28,217 nt of DNA from a virus. Lineage: Duplodnaviria; Heunggongvirae; Uroviricota; Caudoviricetes. The notes below the pieces were generated by a model, which made no database searches, had not been told where the DNA came from, and was given only the letters and a program-made list of their open reading frames with translations. The DNA lies in the IMG/VR virus record IMGVR_UViG_2802429224_000009, one strand, 5' to 3'. Of the stretch, positions 1 through 6,754 are shown in pieces. Positions within the stretch are counted from its first letter, which is position 1; each line of letters opens with the position of its first letter. The position numbers were made by a program, and so were the translations under genes.

Positions 1-1005
1 TTAATCCCCCGTGGACACTGCGTGGACACTCACGCCACCTTTCAGCGGATTAAGGGCCACCGCATCCTGCAGGTAATCCGGTGCAAAATGTGCATATGCC
101 ATTGTTTGCTGAATGGTTGCGTGGCCAAGAATCTTCTGAAGCGCAATAATGTTTCCTCCGTTCATCACAAAATGGCTGGCGAACGTATGCCGCAGCACAT
201 GTGCAGCCTGGCCTTTTGGTAAATCGGGCTTAACTCTTTTCAGCGCCAAGCAGAATTCCCGGTACTTCACCTCAAACAAGCCGCCTGTTTCTCTGGTTTT
301 GATCGCCTCACAAACTGCCTGCGAAATTGGCACTGTTCTCTTTCGGCCATTTTTGGTTTCAAGAAACGTCACTCGGTTATGAACTATCTGTTCACCACGG
401 AGCTTACAGGCTTCACTCCAGCGCGCTCCTGTGCTTAAACACAAAAGAGCAACACGCCAGTAATCGCCCTCCAATGTATCGAGCAATAACGCAACTTCCT
501 TCTGTGACAGGAACGCCATTTCTCGTGGAGATACATAAAGAATAGAAATTCCCCTTACCGGATGTTCTGCATCCCAAAGACCTATTTTTTTCAGCACGGT
601 AAACATTCCGGATAACCGATTCATGTACCTGTTAGCAGATGACGGTTTCAATCCATCAGCTATCTTTTGAGAACGCCACGCGATAATTTTCAGCTTATCA
701 AGATCCACAGCCTGCATATCAGCGCCAAGCTCATTGATTATGTTGCGCAGTTGTTTTCGGTCTTCTTCCGCCTTACGCCTGTGTTGACCGTGATACATCC
801 ACCACAACTCAAGCAAATCATTTAGCGTTCGGCGATCACGGTAGCCCTGTATATATTCCCGCTTTTCAGCGTTCGCCATGATGTAGCGTTCAGTGGCCAC
901 CGCTACCGATTTTTTGTCAAATACCTTACGCACGCGCTTTCCCTTGCGTCCGTTCGGCCTGATGTCCAGCAAATAACGACCATCTTCGAGCTTCTTAATT
1001 GACAT
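1..1005 (-). CDS. int: Phage tyrosine integrase (P2 Int-like site-specific recombinase)
   Basis: Track ORF 1..1020(-); likely start is the ATG at 1005 (MSIKKLEDGRY...) preceded by GGAGGG, TAA stop at 1-3. C-terminal region carries the tyrosine-recombinase signature (ARWSE...HVLRHTFASHF...LGH...Y). Sits downstream of the repressor on the same strand, as in P2. Confidence 0.9.
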   Translation of the reverse strand: MSIKKLEDGRYLLDIRPNGRKGKRVRKVFDKKSVAVATERYIMANAEKREYIQGYRDRRTLNDLLELWWMYHGQHRRKAEEDRKQLRNIINELGADMQAVDLDKLKIIAWRSQKIADGLKPSSANRYMNRLSGMFTVLKKIGLWDAEHPVRGISILYVSPREMAFLSQKEVALLLDTLEGDYWRVALLCLSTGARWSEACKLRGEQIVHNRVTFLETKNGRKRTVPISQAVCEAIKTRETGGLFEVKYREFCLALKRVKPDLPKGQAAHVLRHTFASHFVMNGGNIIALQKILGHATIQQTMAYAHFAPDYLQDAVALNPLKGGVSVHAVSTGD

Positions 1006-1101
1006 TGCGAAGCCCTCCAATGAACCGCTCTACAATTTCTCCAGCCTCTTTCCAGCAATAATCAGACCAGACAAAGAGCAGGTCTAACCAGTTTTCTGGC
1101 C

Positions 1102-1422
1102 TTAGCGGGGTGATTTTTGGTTTGTTTCGGTTGAAACCTGATCGCCCTCCGAATCGAAGAAGCCATCAAGAGAGAGAGGCGGAGCAATCTGCCCCGTCGC
1201 AGCATTAGTTTGATTAAACATCACCCAATCCGAATACTTCCGAAAACGAGGATGATTCAAAATCAGGAGTAGCGTTTCTCCAGGTATCATTCTTCCCAAT
1301 ATTTCATAATTTTTGAGATTGTTTTGAGATACCCCTGTCACCTCTTCCATCTCTCTACGTGACAATCCCTCTGCCTCTCGAATCAGGCGAAGTTTTTCTC
1401 CAAGGCTTGATTTATGGATCAT
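1102..1422 (-). CDS. C: Immunity repressor, P2 C-like (HTH)
   Basis: Track ORF 1102..1440(-) with a GTG at 1440; the ATG at 1422 (MIHKSSLGEKLRLI...) fits the P2 C N-terminus spacing better. HTH segment LSRREMEEVTGVSQNNLKNYE; C-terminal KYSDWVMFNQ..TGQIAPPL resembles P2 C (KYTLWFMTNQIAPESGQIAPAL) from memory. Divergent from cox. Confidence 0.8.
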   Translation of the reverse strand: MIHKSSLGEKLRLIREAEGLSRREMEEVTGVSQNNLKNYEILGRMIPGETLLLILNHPRFRKYSDWVMFNQTNAATGQIAPPLSLDGFFDSEGDQVSTETNQKSPR

Positions 1423-1537
1423 ATGTGATCTAAACTCCACGATATTGGGTTACATGTAATACAAAACATTCAAATAGCCAAAATAAGCCTATATAAGCCA
1501 TTTTGGGCCATTTGGACGAATTAAGGAGATTACCACA
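1423..1537. promoter_or_regulatory. Lysogeny/lysis switch region between divergent C and cox (candidate Pe/Pc promoters and operators)
   Basis: Seen directly: perfect 10-bp palindrome TTACATGTAA (1450-1459); 10-bp-phased direct repeats ATAGCC (1474-1479), ATAAGCC (1483-1489) and ATAAGCC (1493-1499), the last two overlapping a -10-like TATATAAG; -35-like TTCAAA at 1468-1473; AAGGAG RBS at 1523-1528. Direct-repeat operators are the known P2 C binding mode. Confidence 0.55.
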
Positions 1538-1825
1538 ATGAGCGAATCAGAGCTTGAGGGGTTCATTCAGGTAGCACCATATCCACTTGAAGCGGTGCCA
1601 TATCAACTATTTGCCAAGATGATTGGTCGCAAAGAATCAACCGTCAGAACCATGATTGACGCTGCAAAGTTACCAACGATTGACTTTGTGAAACCAGGTT
1701 CAGTGAAGACGCGAGCATCAGAAAACTGGGTATATCTGCCAGCATTTAACGCAGGTATGCGCAAAGCGTTTTTTGATCAGCCGAAAGAACGCCGCGATGC
1801 ATGGTTGTTGTGGCTGGGGCTTTAA
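1538..1825 (+). CDS. cox: Cox-like excisionase / early transcriptional regulator
   Basis: 95 aa, strong RBS. Translation ...PYQLFAKMIGRKESTVRTMIDAAKLPTIDFVKPG...NWVYLPAFNAG...PKERRDAWLLWLGL closely parallels P2 Cox as recalled (...PYQEFAKLIGKSTGAVRRMIDKGKLPVID...YWVYLPAWNNG...PKEIRDGWLMWLGL). Confidence 0.85.
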   Translation: MSESELEGFIQVAPYPLEAVPYQLFAKMIGRKESTVRTMIDAAKLPTIDFVKPGSVKTRASENWVYLPAFNAGMRKAFFDQPKERRDAWLLWLGL

Positions 1826-1831
1826 TCATAA

Positions 1832-2038
1832 ATGACCAGCAATATCACCAGCGCCATTTTGGACCTTGTATTCCTAGAAGTGGGTGTAATAGCGATTTAT
1901 CTGCTTAGCAAGCTAACAGGACAAAAAGAACGCTTTATTGTTCTCAACGTTCATTACCTCGCCGCTTATGCCAGAGGTCTTTTTCCGATCACCATTGGTG
2001 CGCTGCTCATGGCGTTTGTTATTTGGCTCATCGGGTAG
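1832..2038 (+). CDS. Small hypothetical membrane protein (two predicted TM helices)
   Basis: 68-aa ORF immediately after cox; two hydrophobic stretches (ILDLVFLEVGVIAIYLL, LFPITIGALLMAFVIWLIG). Weak RBS. Confidence 0.35.
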   Translation: MTSNITSAILDLVFLEVGVIAIYLLSKLTGQKERFIVLNVHYLAAYARGLFPITIGALLMAFVIWLIG

Positions 2039-2049
2039 AGGCACGAAAA

Positions 2050-2508
2050 ATGAATAAGCAACAGCGAAATGGCAAGCCCCATAACACGGGATTTCGTCGC
2101 AATTACTTTGAAAATGGGTGTTATGCCGGGGAAGTAAATCGGCACGGAGTTTTTGACATGAAGCAACAGCGCAATTCTTCACAGCAACGCTTCCGCAACG
2201 GGGCGGAACGCCACGCTAACCGTTTCGCTACCAGTGCATCGCGTAGCAACTCTCGCTACAGCCTGAGCGAAACACACGCAACACCGGATGGCCACGCTGT
2301 AAAACAAATCGGCGAGCATGCCTGGCTGATTGAGAAAGCTGGAATCGTGGTCCACAAATGCCCACGCAATCCGTTTACCGGAAACCGCATTTTTGCATTG
2401 AGCTGCGGCGACAATCACTTCGGGCAGGATTTCACATTATACGAAGCGCTTCGCACGGTTGATCGTCTGCTTCGCGGGCAAAGTTTTATTAAACAGGCTG
2501 ATTTATAA
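2050..2508 (+). CDS. Hypothetical early protein (152 aa)
   Basis: Track ORF 2023..2508; internal ATG at 2050 (MNKQQRNGKP...) with GTAGAGG 8 nt upstream. N-terminal half rich in N/Q/R, C-terminal half more globular. No family recognised. Confidence 0.45.
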   Translation: MNKQQRNGKPHNTGFRRNYFENGCYAGEVNRHGVFDMKQQRNSSQQRFRNGAERHANRFATSASRSNSRYSLSETHATPDGHAVKQIGEHAWLIEKAGIVVHKCPRNPFTGNRIFALSCGDNHFGQDFTLYEALRTVDRLLRGQSFIKQADL

Positions 2509-2531
2509 CAGGTGCTTTATGACCAAAGAGC

Positions 2532-2798
2532 ATGCACAAGGTGTATTTATCCGTTTTATTGATTTTCGCGGTGAACTGTTATTACGCGCATCAGCCATTG
2601 ACGGAGTTGTTCCATCCGAAAAAAAACGCAGCTACTTACGTTTATCTGAACGGTACGCGCCTGACTGTGGAGCTTCCGTACCAGACCGTACGAGAAATCA
2701 TTAGCGAAGCTGAAAAGGCACGTCAGGTTAATGGCGATGAACCCTATATCGAAATTATTTGTATGGATTCAGAAGCTGAAATTCAGAAAGCAGATTAA
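2532..2798 (+). CDS. Hypothetical protein (frame uncertain)
   Basis: 88-aa ORF ending 12 nt before the RBS/ATG of the next gene (operon-like packing). An overlapping alternative frame (ATG 2519..2704, 61 aa) cannot be excluded; start unverified. Confidence 0.3.
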   Translation: MHKVYLSVLLIFAVNCYYAHQPLTELFHPKKNAATYVYLNGTRLTVELPYQTVREIISEAEKARQVNGDEPYIEIICMDSEAEIQKAD

Positions 2799-2809
2799 AG
2801 GGCATTGCG

Positions 2810-3052
2810 ATGGGCAAAGAATATAAAACTCTCATTAATAAAGCACTTGAACGATTTTATTTTCGCTTAAGTGCATCAGGCGCTCATGCTGAACGTGCAG
2901 CCCGTGACTCATTGACCAGGGCAATCCGGAGTTTGTATGACGTCGCTTTTTACGCTGATGATCTGGATGCACTTAACGAACTTTCCGAGCTGATCTGTGC
3001 CGCAGAATGCGGGGAACATATTGAACCGTATAAGCTGGGGAATATCGCATGA
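2810..3052 (+). CDS. Hypothetical protein (80 aa)
   Basis: ATG at 2810; stop TGA overlaps the ATG of the next small ORF (ATGA at 3049-3052), suggesting translational coupling. Confidence 0.45.
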   Translation: MGKEYKTLINKALERFYFRLSASGAHAERAARDSLTRAIRSLYDVAFYADDLDALNELSELICAAECGEHIEPYKLGNIA

Positions 3053-3162
3053 GTATATTTATCTCATGGCTTGTTCTGATTATTTCGGTGGCCTGCGCCA
3101 TTGGGATTATGCGAATTATTCATTCAGTAAAAAAGATTGAACGCTTTTTCACTGACGAATAA
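3049..3162 (+). CDS. Small single-pass membrane peptide (37 aa)
   Basis: Not in the ORF track (below length cut-off). My translation: MSIFISWLVLIISVACAIGIMRIIHSVKKIERFFTDE; hydrophobic core then basic tail; start overlaps the upstream stop. Confidence 0.35.
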   Translation: MSIFISWLVLIISVACAIGIMRIIHSVKKIERFFTDE

Positions 3163-3254
3163 CAGCTTAAACAAAACACCAGATTAAATAAGAAAACGTG
3201 AAAACAATCCGCACTCGCGGAGGTATTCGCACACACAAATAACGAGGATACAAA

Positions 3255-3668
3255 ATGAACGCTAAAGATACAGTCACCATCACCAAACTGAAAAAAATAT
3301 CAGAAATGGAAGATGCATTAGCCAGGCAGGCACTGAGAGAAGGACTTATTCCCTTTTATGTTCGTTCAATGGCTATAGCAGAAGTCACCGCAAGTGCTGC
3401 TGGACTTATTGAAAGCCTGAACAACGAAATCAGCACTCTCAAAGCTCAATTAGCCGGCACCAACACTTCTTCCCCCAGCATTGGGAAACGGGTCTTTATC
3501 ATCAACAACCCACAACAGGAATACATCATCCTGGCAGACCTGCAGGGGAGCTACATGATTGCTGCGGTTCCGGCAAATGAGAGCGAACCGCTGAGTGATG
3601 TACACATCATCAGACGCGACCGGATTGCGTTCATCGACACAGCAACCTCTTCCCCATTTAACGCATAA
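3255..3668 (+). CDS. Hypothetical protein (137 aa)
   Basis: ATG at 3255 with AGGA-containing RBS (aacgaggatacaaaATG); follows a ~90-bp non-coding gap, so possibly the first gene of a sub-operon. N-terminal region looks helical/coiled-coil. Confidence 0.5.
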   Translation: MNAKDTVTITKLKKISEMEDALARQALREGLIPFYVRSMAIAEVTASAAGLIESLNNEISTLKAQLAGTNTSSPSIGKRVFIINNPQQEYIILADLQGSYMIAAVPANESEPLSDVHIIRRDRIAFIDTATSSPFNA

Positions 3669-3696
3669 CCCCATGAAAAACCAAAGGAGCACAGCG

Positions 3697-3897
3697 ATGA
3701 TCAAATCATTATTAACCGCACATTTCACATCGCGCGGCGTTGAATACGACGTGGAAGACAGCCTGATCGATCACGACAGAACAGCTCCTTCCCGCAGCGA
3801 GCCGGGTGTTCATCACATCTGGCTTAAGAACGGGGAGCATTACGTGGCTACTAACGTGATGTATGTGCAGGTCCTGCGCAAAAAAGCAGGTAACTGA
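3697..3897 (+). CDS. Hypothetical protein (66 aa)
   Basis: Track ORF 3595..3897; the ATG at 3697 (MIKSLLTAHF...) has AAAGGAG 6 nt upstream and lies after the upstream stop. Confidence 0.4.
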   Translation: MIKSLLTAHFTSRGVEYDVEDSLIDHDRTAPSRSEPGVHHIWLKNGEHYVATNVMYVQVLRKKAGN

Positions 3898-3922
3898 TGA
3901 CTCAGGTACAGGAGCCACGCAG

Positions 3923-4168
3923 ATGACCATTCTGGACTACATCGCCGCCAATCCGGGTTGTAGCGGTGGAGAAATCGCCGCAGCACTGAATACCTCAACC
4001 ACAGCCATTAATGCGGAGTTACGCCGACTCTGGCGCAGCGGTTCAGTCATAAGAAAAGAGCGCAAAACAGGCGGTCGCTTTTCTTACCAGATAAACCCGA
4101 TGCCGTTCGGGTGCGGCAATCCACTTACCAACATGTTTAACCAGCTACTGAAGGAAGCCAGAGCATGA
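3923..4168 (+). CDS. Winged-helix DNA-binding protein (MarR/PadR-like fold, 81 aa)
   Basis: ATG at 3923 with AGGAG RBS; MTILDYIAANPGCSGGEIAAALNTSTTAINAELRRLWRSGSVIRKERKTGGRFSYQI is a typical wHTH layout (recognition helix, then basic wing). Stop overlaps next ATG (ATGA at 4165-4168). Confidence 0.55.
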   Translation: MTILDYIAANPGCSGGEIAAALNTSTTAINAELRRLWRSGSVIRKERKTGGRFSYQINPMPFGCGNPLTNMFNQLLKEARA

Positions 4169-4461
4169 GCGCCATCAACCACCAGGAACTACGCGAACTG
4201 GCAACTGACTTGCAACGAATGGCAACGCATCAAAAATTACTGGCGTTTCGCGCAATGCTCTCGCCGTCTGCTGTGCTGGCCCTACTGGATGAACTGGAGC
4301 ACGCCGGAACCACAGCTCCCGCCATTCGCCTGACGCTCCGCCATGAGATCGAGGATTTTTGCGCAACGCTGGAGTCATTGGGCGAACCCCAGACACCGGA
4401 AGACATGCAGCGCGAGTTACTGCAGCGCATCAACAAGGTTTTTGATTTCTTTCTCAACTAA
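4165..4461 (+). CDS. Hypothetical helical protein (98 aa), translationally coupled to the wHTH gene
   Basis: ATG at 4165 overlapping the upstream stop; acidic, predicted helical; no family recognised. Confidence 0.5.
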   Translation: MSAINHQELRELATDLQRMATHQKLLAFRAMLSPSAVLALLDELEHAGTTAPAIRLTLRHEIEDFCATLESLGEPQTPEDMQRELLQRINKVFDFFLN

Positions 4462-4475
4462 GCGGGAACCACAAC

Positions 4476-4688
4476 ATGAACAAGAAGACATGGCTTCGCG
4501 CCTATGCATGGGCGCTGGTATGCGTCCTCGTTTCTCTCATTCTGTATGTGGGGCTACTCCCCAGAATGATTTCATCAGACAGCTCCTTCCTGGTATTGCT
4601 GGGCATTTTTGTCGCCTTGCTGTACCCGGCGGGCGTTGTCCGCTTTTTCAGTAACTACATCAAAGCAATTATGGAAACCAAACAATGA
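4476..4688 (+). CDS. Small inner-membrane protein (70 aa, two TM helices), partner of the SPFH lipoprotein
   Basis: Hydrophobic segments YAWALVCVLVSLILYVGLL and FLVLLGIFVALLYPAGVV; stop TGA overlaps the ATG of the SPFH gene (ATGA at 4685-4688). Confidence 0.5.
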   Translation: MNKKTWLRAYAWALVCVLVSLILYVGLLPRMISSDSSFLVLLGIFVALLYPAGVVRFFSNYIKAIMETKQ

Positions 4689-5509
4689 AAAAACTATTAC
4701 CACTCATCCCTCTCCTGATGACCACACTTCTGGTTGGCTGTGACCGCGTGGAGCCGGGCAATGTAGGCATCAAAGTCAACAAGCTGGGCGACGACAAAGG
4801 CGTCGGCGAAGTAGTTGGCGTTGGCCGCTACTGGACAGGCTGGAATACAGAGGTTTACATCTTCCCGACCTTCAAACAAATGAAGACTTACGATGAGCCG
4901 TTCAGCTTCCAGATGAGTGACGGCACAACCATCGGCTATCACATCGGCGTGGCTTACAAGGTTGATCCATCCAAAGTTACCACAGTGTTTCAGACCTACC
5001 GCAAAGGCGTGGATGACATTACTGACACTGACCTGCGCCAGAAGATCGCCGATGCACTCAACCGACTGGCCAGCAAAATGACCACCGATAAGTTTATCGA
5101 CGGTGGCAAGTCTGAACTGCTGGATTCAGCACTTAAAGACATTCAGTCAGAAATGACACCTATCGGCATTCAGGTAATGAGCCTCTCTTATGTCGGTAAA
5201 CCGGAATATCCGCCAACCGTTATCGACAGCATTAACGCCAAAGTCACGGCAAACCAGAAAACCCTGCAACGCGAGCAGGAAGTCAAGCAACGCGAAGCAG
5301 AAGCCAACATGCTGCGCGCAGAAGCTGCCGGACAGGCCGATGCCATTCGCACAAAAGCCCAGGCTGAAGCCGACGCCATTCGTTTACGCGGTGAAGCTCT
5401 GCGCCAGAATCCCGGCGTTATGGAGCTGGAAGCGATTAACAAATGGAACGGCACGCTACCGCAATACATGACCAGTAATACCGCTGTTCCGTTTGTTCCG
5501 GTGAAGTAA
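4685..5509 (+). CDS. SPFH/band-7 (prohibitin/stomatin-like) domain lipoprotein
   Basis: 274 aa. N-terminal lipoprotein signal peptide with lipobox LLVGC (MKKLLPLIPLLMTTLLVGC); central SPFH-like core; C-terminal Ala/Glu/Arg-rich coiled coil (REAEANMLRAEAAGQADAIRTKAQAEADAIRLRGEA) typical of the family. Confidence 0.8.
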   Translation: MKKLLPLIPLLMTTLLVGCDRVEPGNVGIKVNKLGDDKGVGEVVGVGRYWTGWNTEVYIFPTFKQMKTYDEPFSFQMSDGTTIGYHIGVAYKVDPSKVTTVFQTYRKGVDDITDTDLRQKIADALNRLASKMTTDKFIDGGKSELLDSALKDIQSEMTPIGIQVMSLSYVGKPEYPPTVIDSINAKVTANQKTLQREQEVKQREAEANMLRAEAAGQADAIRTKAQAEADAIRLRGEALRQNPGVMELEAINKWNGTLPQYMTSNTAVPFVPVK

Positions 5510-5515
5510 TTCAAC

Positions 5516-5539
5516 CCGGCCAGTGAAACCGCTGGCCGG
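5516..5539 (+). terminator. Stem-loop after the SPFH gene (terminator-like, no U-tract)
   Basis: Perfect 8-bp inverted repeat CCGGCCAG (5516-5523) / CTGGCCGG (5532-5539) with an 8-nt loop, 7 nt after the stop; followed by A-rich rather than T-rich sequence. Confidence 0.3.
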
Positions 5540-5576
5540 AAATATAACGAATAAACAAAAAGCCAGAGGACAGAAC

Positions 5577-5723
5577 ATGCACAAAGCCTTTGAACGATGG
5601 ATGCGCCAGCGTTACGGCAATCGCTATGACCTGACAAGGGATGTTGATGGCTACTACTGCCGCGAAATTGTGAAACGAATGTTTGAAGTGTGGTGCCACG
5701 CTCGCGGCCTGTACGCCGTGTAA
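5577..5723 (+). CDS. Small hypothetical protein (48 aa)
   Basis: ATG at 5577 (MHKAFERWMRQRYGNRYDLT...) with GAGGA about 8 nt upstream; short, so coding status uncertain. Confidence 0.3.
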   Translation: MHKAFERWMRQRYGNRYDLTRDVDGYYCREIVKRMFEVWCHARGLYAV

Positions 5724-5862
5724 TCCGTGTCACTGCCAGAAGGTTAACCCATGTATACACAAAAAAACCGCTTGCCATGCCGTAATCAGTCAGGTTACAT
5801 TTCCGCTGCACCTCATAAAACGGGTGCCGGGATTGCAACCCCCGCTGACAACTACAGCGCAC

Positions 5863-5883
5863 AACCGCGCCAGCGGTTTTTTT
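5863..5883 (+). terminator. Candidate Rho-independent terminator
   Basis: AACCGC (5863-5868) / GCGGTT (5873-5878) stem with GCCA loop, followed by a T-run through 5883. Confidence 0.4.
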
Positions 5884-5923
5884 GTGCGTACCGTATCGCC
5901 ACGTCTTTTTCGCACACGAATTA

Positions 5924-6001
5924 TGGTGGGGCGTATGGGGCCGACTTCGGTCGGGCCGGTTTCTGTAGTTGCCGGTGGTTGCAACCCCATACGCCTCGCC
6001 A
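5924..6001. repeat. Long-range inverted repeat (about 17 bp arms) enclosing a UUCG-tetraloop hairpin; candidate structured RNA or DNA cruciform
   Basis: 5924-5940 pairs with 5985-6001 (core 11 bp GGCGTATGGGG / CCCCATACGCC perfect, extended with G-U pairs); interior holds CCGAC-TTCG-GTCGG (5941-5954). Confidence 0.45.
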
Positions 6002-6061
6002 CCCAGAATTGCAACCTCTGGATGGTGAGTTTTCAAAACTTGCAACTACAGAGGCCACATC

Positions 6062-6292
6062 ATGGCAAACCGCAAACAACAGCGCGCATACGCTGCGCGT
6101 CGTCACATCCAGACTGAAATCAACCGCAGACTTTCCCGCGCATCACGCGTCGCGCAAATCATGCACATCAATATGCTGCATGAGCACAGCCACGCACTAT
6201 CAAACATTTATTCCGCCTCTGTTTTCAGCTATCTGGCGGATGATCTGCACGAGCTTCAACAGCTCATCCAGCAGCAAAACAAACTCCATTAA
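6062..6292 (+). CDS. Hypothetical basic protein (76 aa)
   Basis: ATG at 6062 with AGAGG RBS; arginine-rich N-terminus (MANRKQQRAYAARRHIQTEINRRLSR). Confidence 0.45.
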   Translation: MANRKQQRAYAARRHIQTEINRRLSRASRVAQIMHINMLHEHSHALSNIYSASVFSYLADDLHELQQLIQQQNKLH

Positions 6293-6364
6293 TTCCTGTT
6301 CCGGGCCTTTCCTGCACCTTGCGGCGGGAGGCCTTCGCACATCTGTAGTAAAGAGAATTGCAGC

Positions 6365-6754
6365 ATGATTGACCGTCACGACTTCGTAAAATGGGTGCGC
6401 ACACAGGACACCCGTCTGGCCCCAAAACTTCAGGCAATGTTTGATTTTTATCTCCGTGCCCGCGCCAGCCGGGCACGCACCACAAAACCGGAGAACGCAG
6501 ACACCCTTTATTTCACCGTGGACGACTGTTACCGCGTAGCCTTCACGCCACAAGGTCTGGCCCTGTACACCCTGACACCACACGGCGACTCCCTGCTGGC
6601 GTATTACAACTCCCCGGCCTCCGTATTTGCGGCAATGCTGGCGCATCGTACCGCTGGCGGGTGTGCCTCGCTGAGTGAATACACCACTGAATTTAACCGC
6701 CTTTCCGTCATCTTCTCGCAGGAGTGGCAGCGCGTGACGGGATACCAGCCATGA
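6365..6754 (+). CDS. Hypothetical protein (129 aa) translationally coupled to gene A
   Basis: Stop TGA at 6752-6754 overlaps the ATG of the replication gene at 6751. Confidence 0.5.
   Translation: MIDRHDFVKWVRTQDTRLAPKLQAMFDFYLRARASRARTTKPENADTLYFTVDDCYRVAFTPQGLALYTLTPHGDSLLAYYNSPASVFAAMLAHRTAGGCASLSEYTTEFNRLSVIFSQEWQRVTGYQP

Larger units (their letters stand above)
5829..6050. repeat. Four copies of a TTGCAAC(C) motif, three phased at 30-31 bp upstream of the ORF at 6062
   Basis: TTGCAAC at 5833-5839, 5979-5985, 6009-6015 and 6040-6046 (contexts gaTTGCAACCcc, ggTTGCAACCcc, aaTTGCAACCtc, acTTGCAACtac); GTTGCAAC is itself palindromic. Confidence 0.5.

Noticed and set aside
2459-2704. Alternative frame ORF (ATG 2519) overlapping the 2532..2798 ORF
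   Set aside because: Cannot be distinguished from the other frame by eye; I kept the frame that ends directly before the next gene's RBS, but flagged low confidence rather than annotating both.
5924-6001. tRNA gene hypothesis for the long stem-loop
   Set aside because: No T-loop (GTTCRANNC) or D-loop signatures and the stem geometry (17-bp stem, 44-nt interior) is not a cloverleaf.
5188-6045. 285-aa ORF on the minus strand
   Set aside because: Antisense to the well-supported SPFH gene and extends into the structured non-coding region; Cys/Arg-rich, non-protein-like composition; a shadow ORF.
5724-6061. Retron msr/msd hypothesis for the structured non-coding region
   Set aside because: No reverse transcriptase gene nearby; downstream ORFs are 76 and 129 aa and then the replication initiator.
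5751-6368. 205-aa and 144-aa plus-strand ORFs (5751..6368 and 5683..6117) spanning the structured region
   Set aside because: Translations are low-complexity (runs of S, T, C, R), lack RBS at the starts, and overlap the terminator, inverted repeat and TTGCAAC boxes; more likely non-coding.
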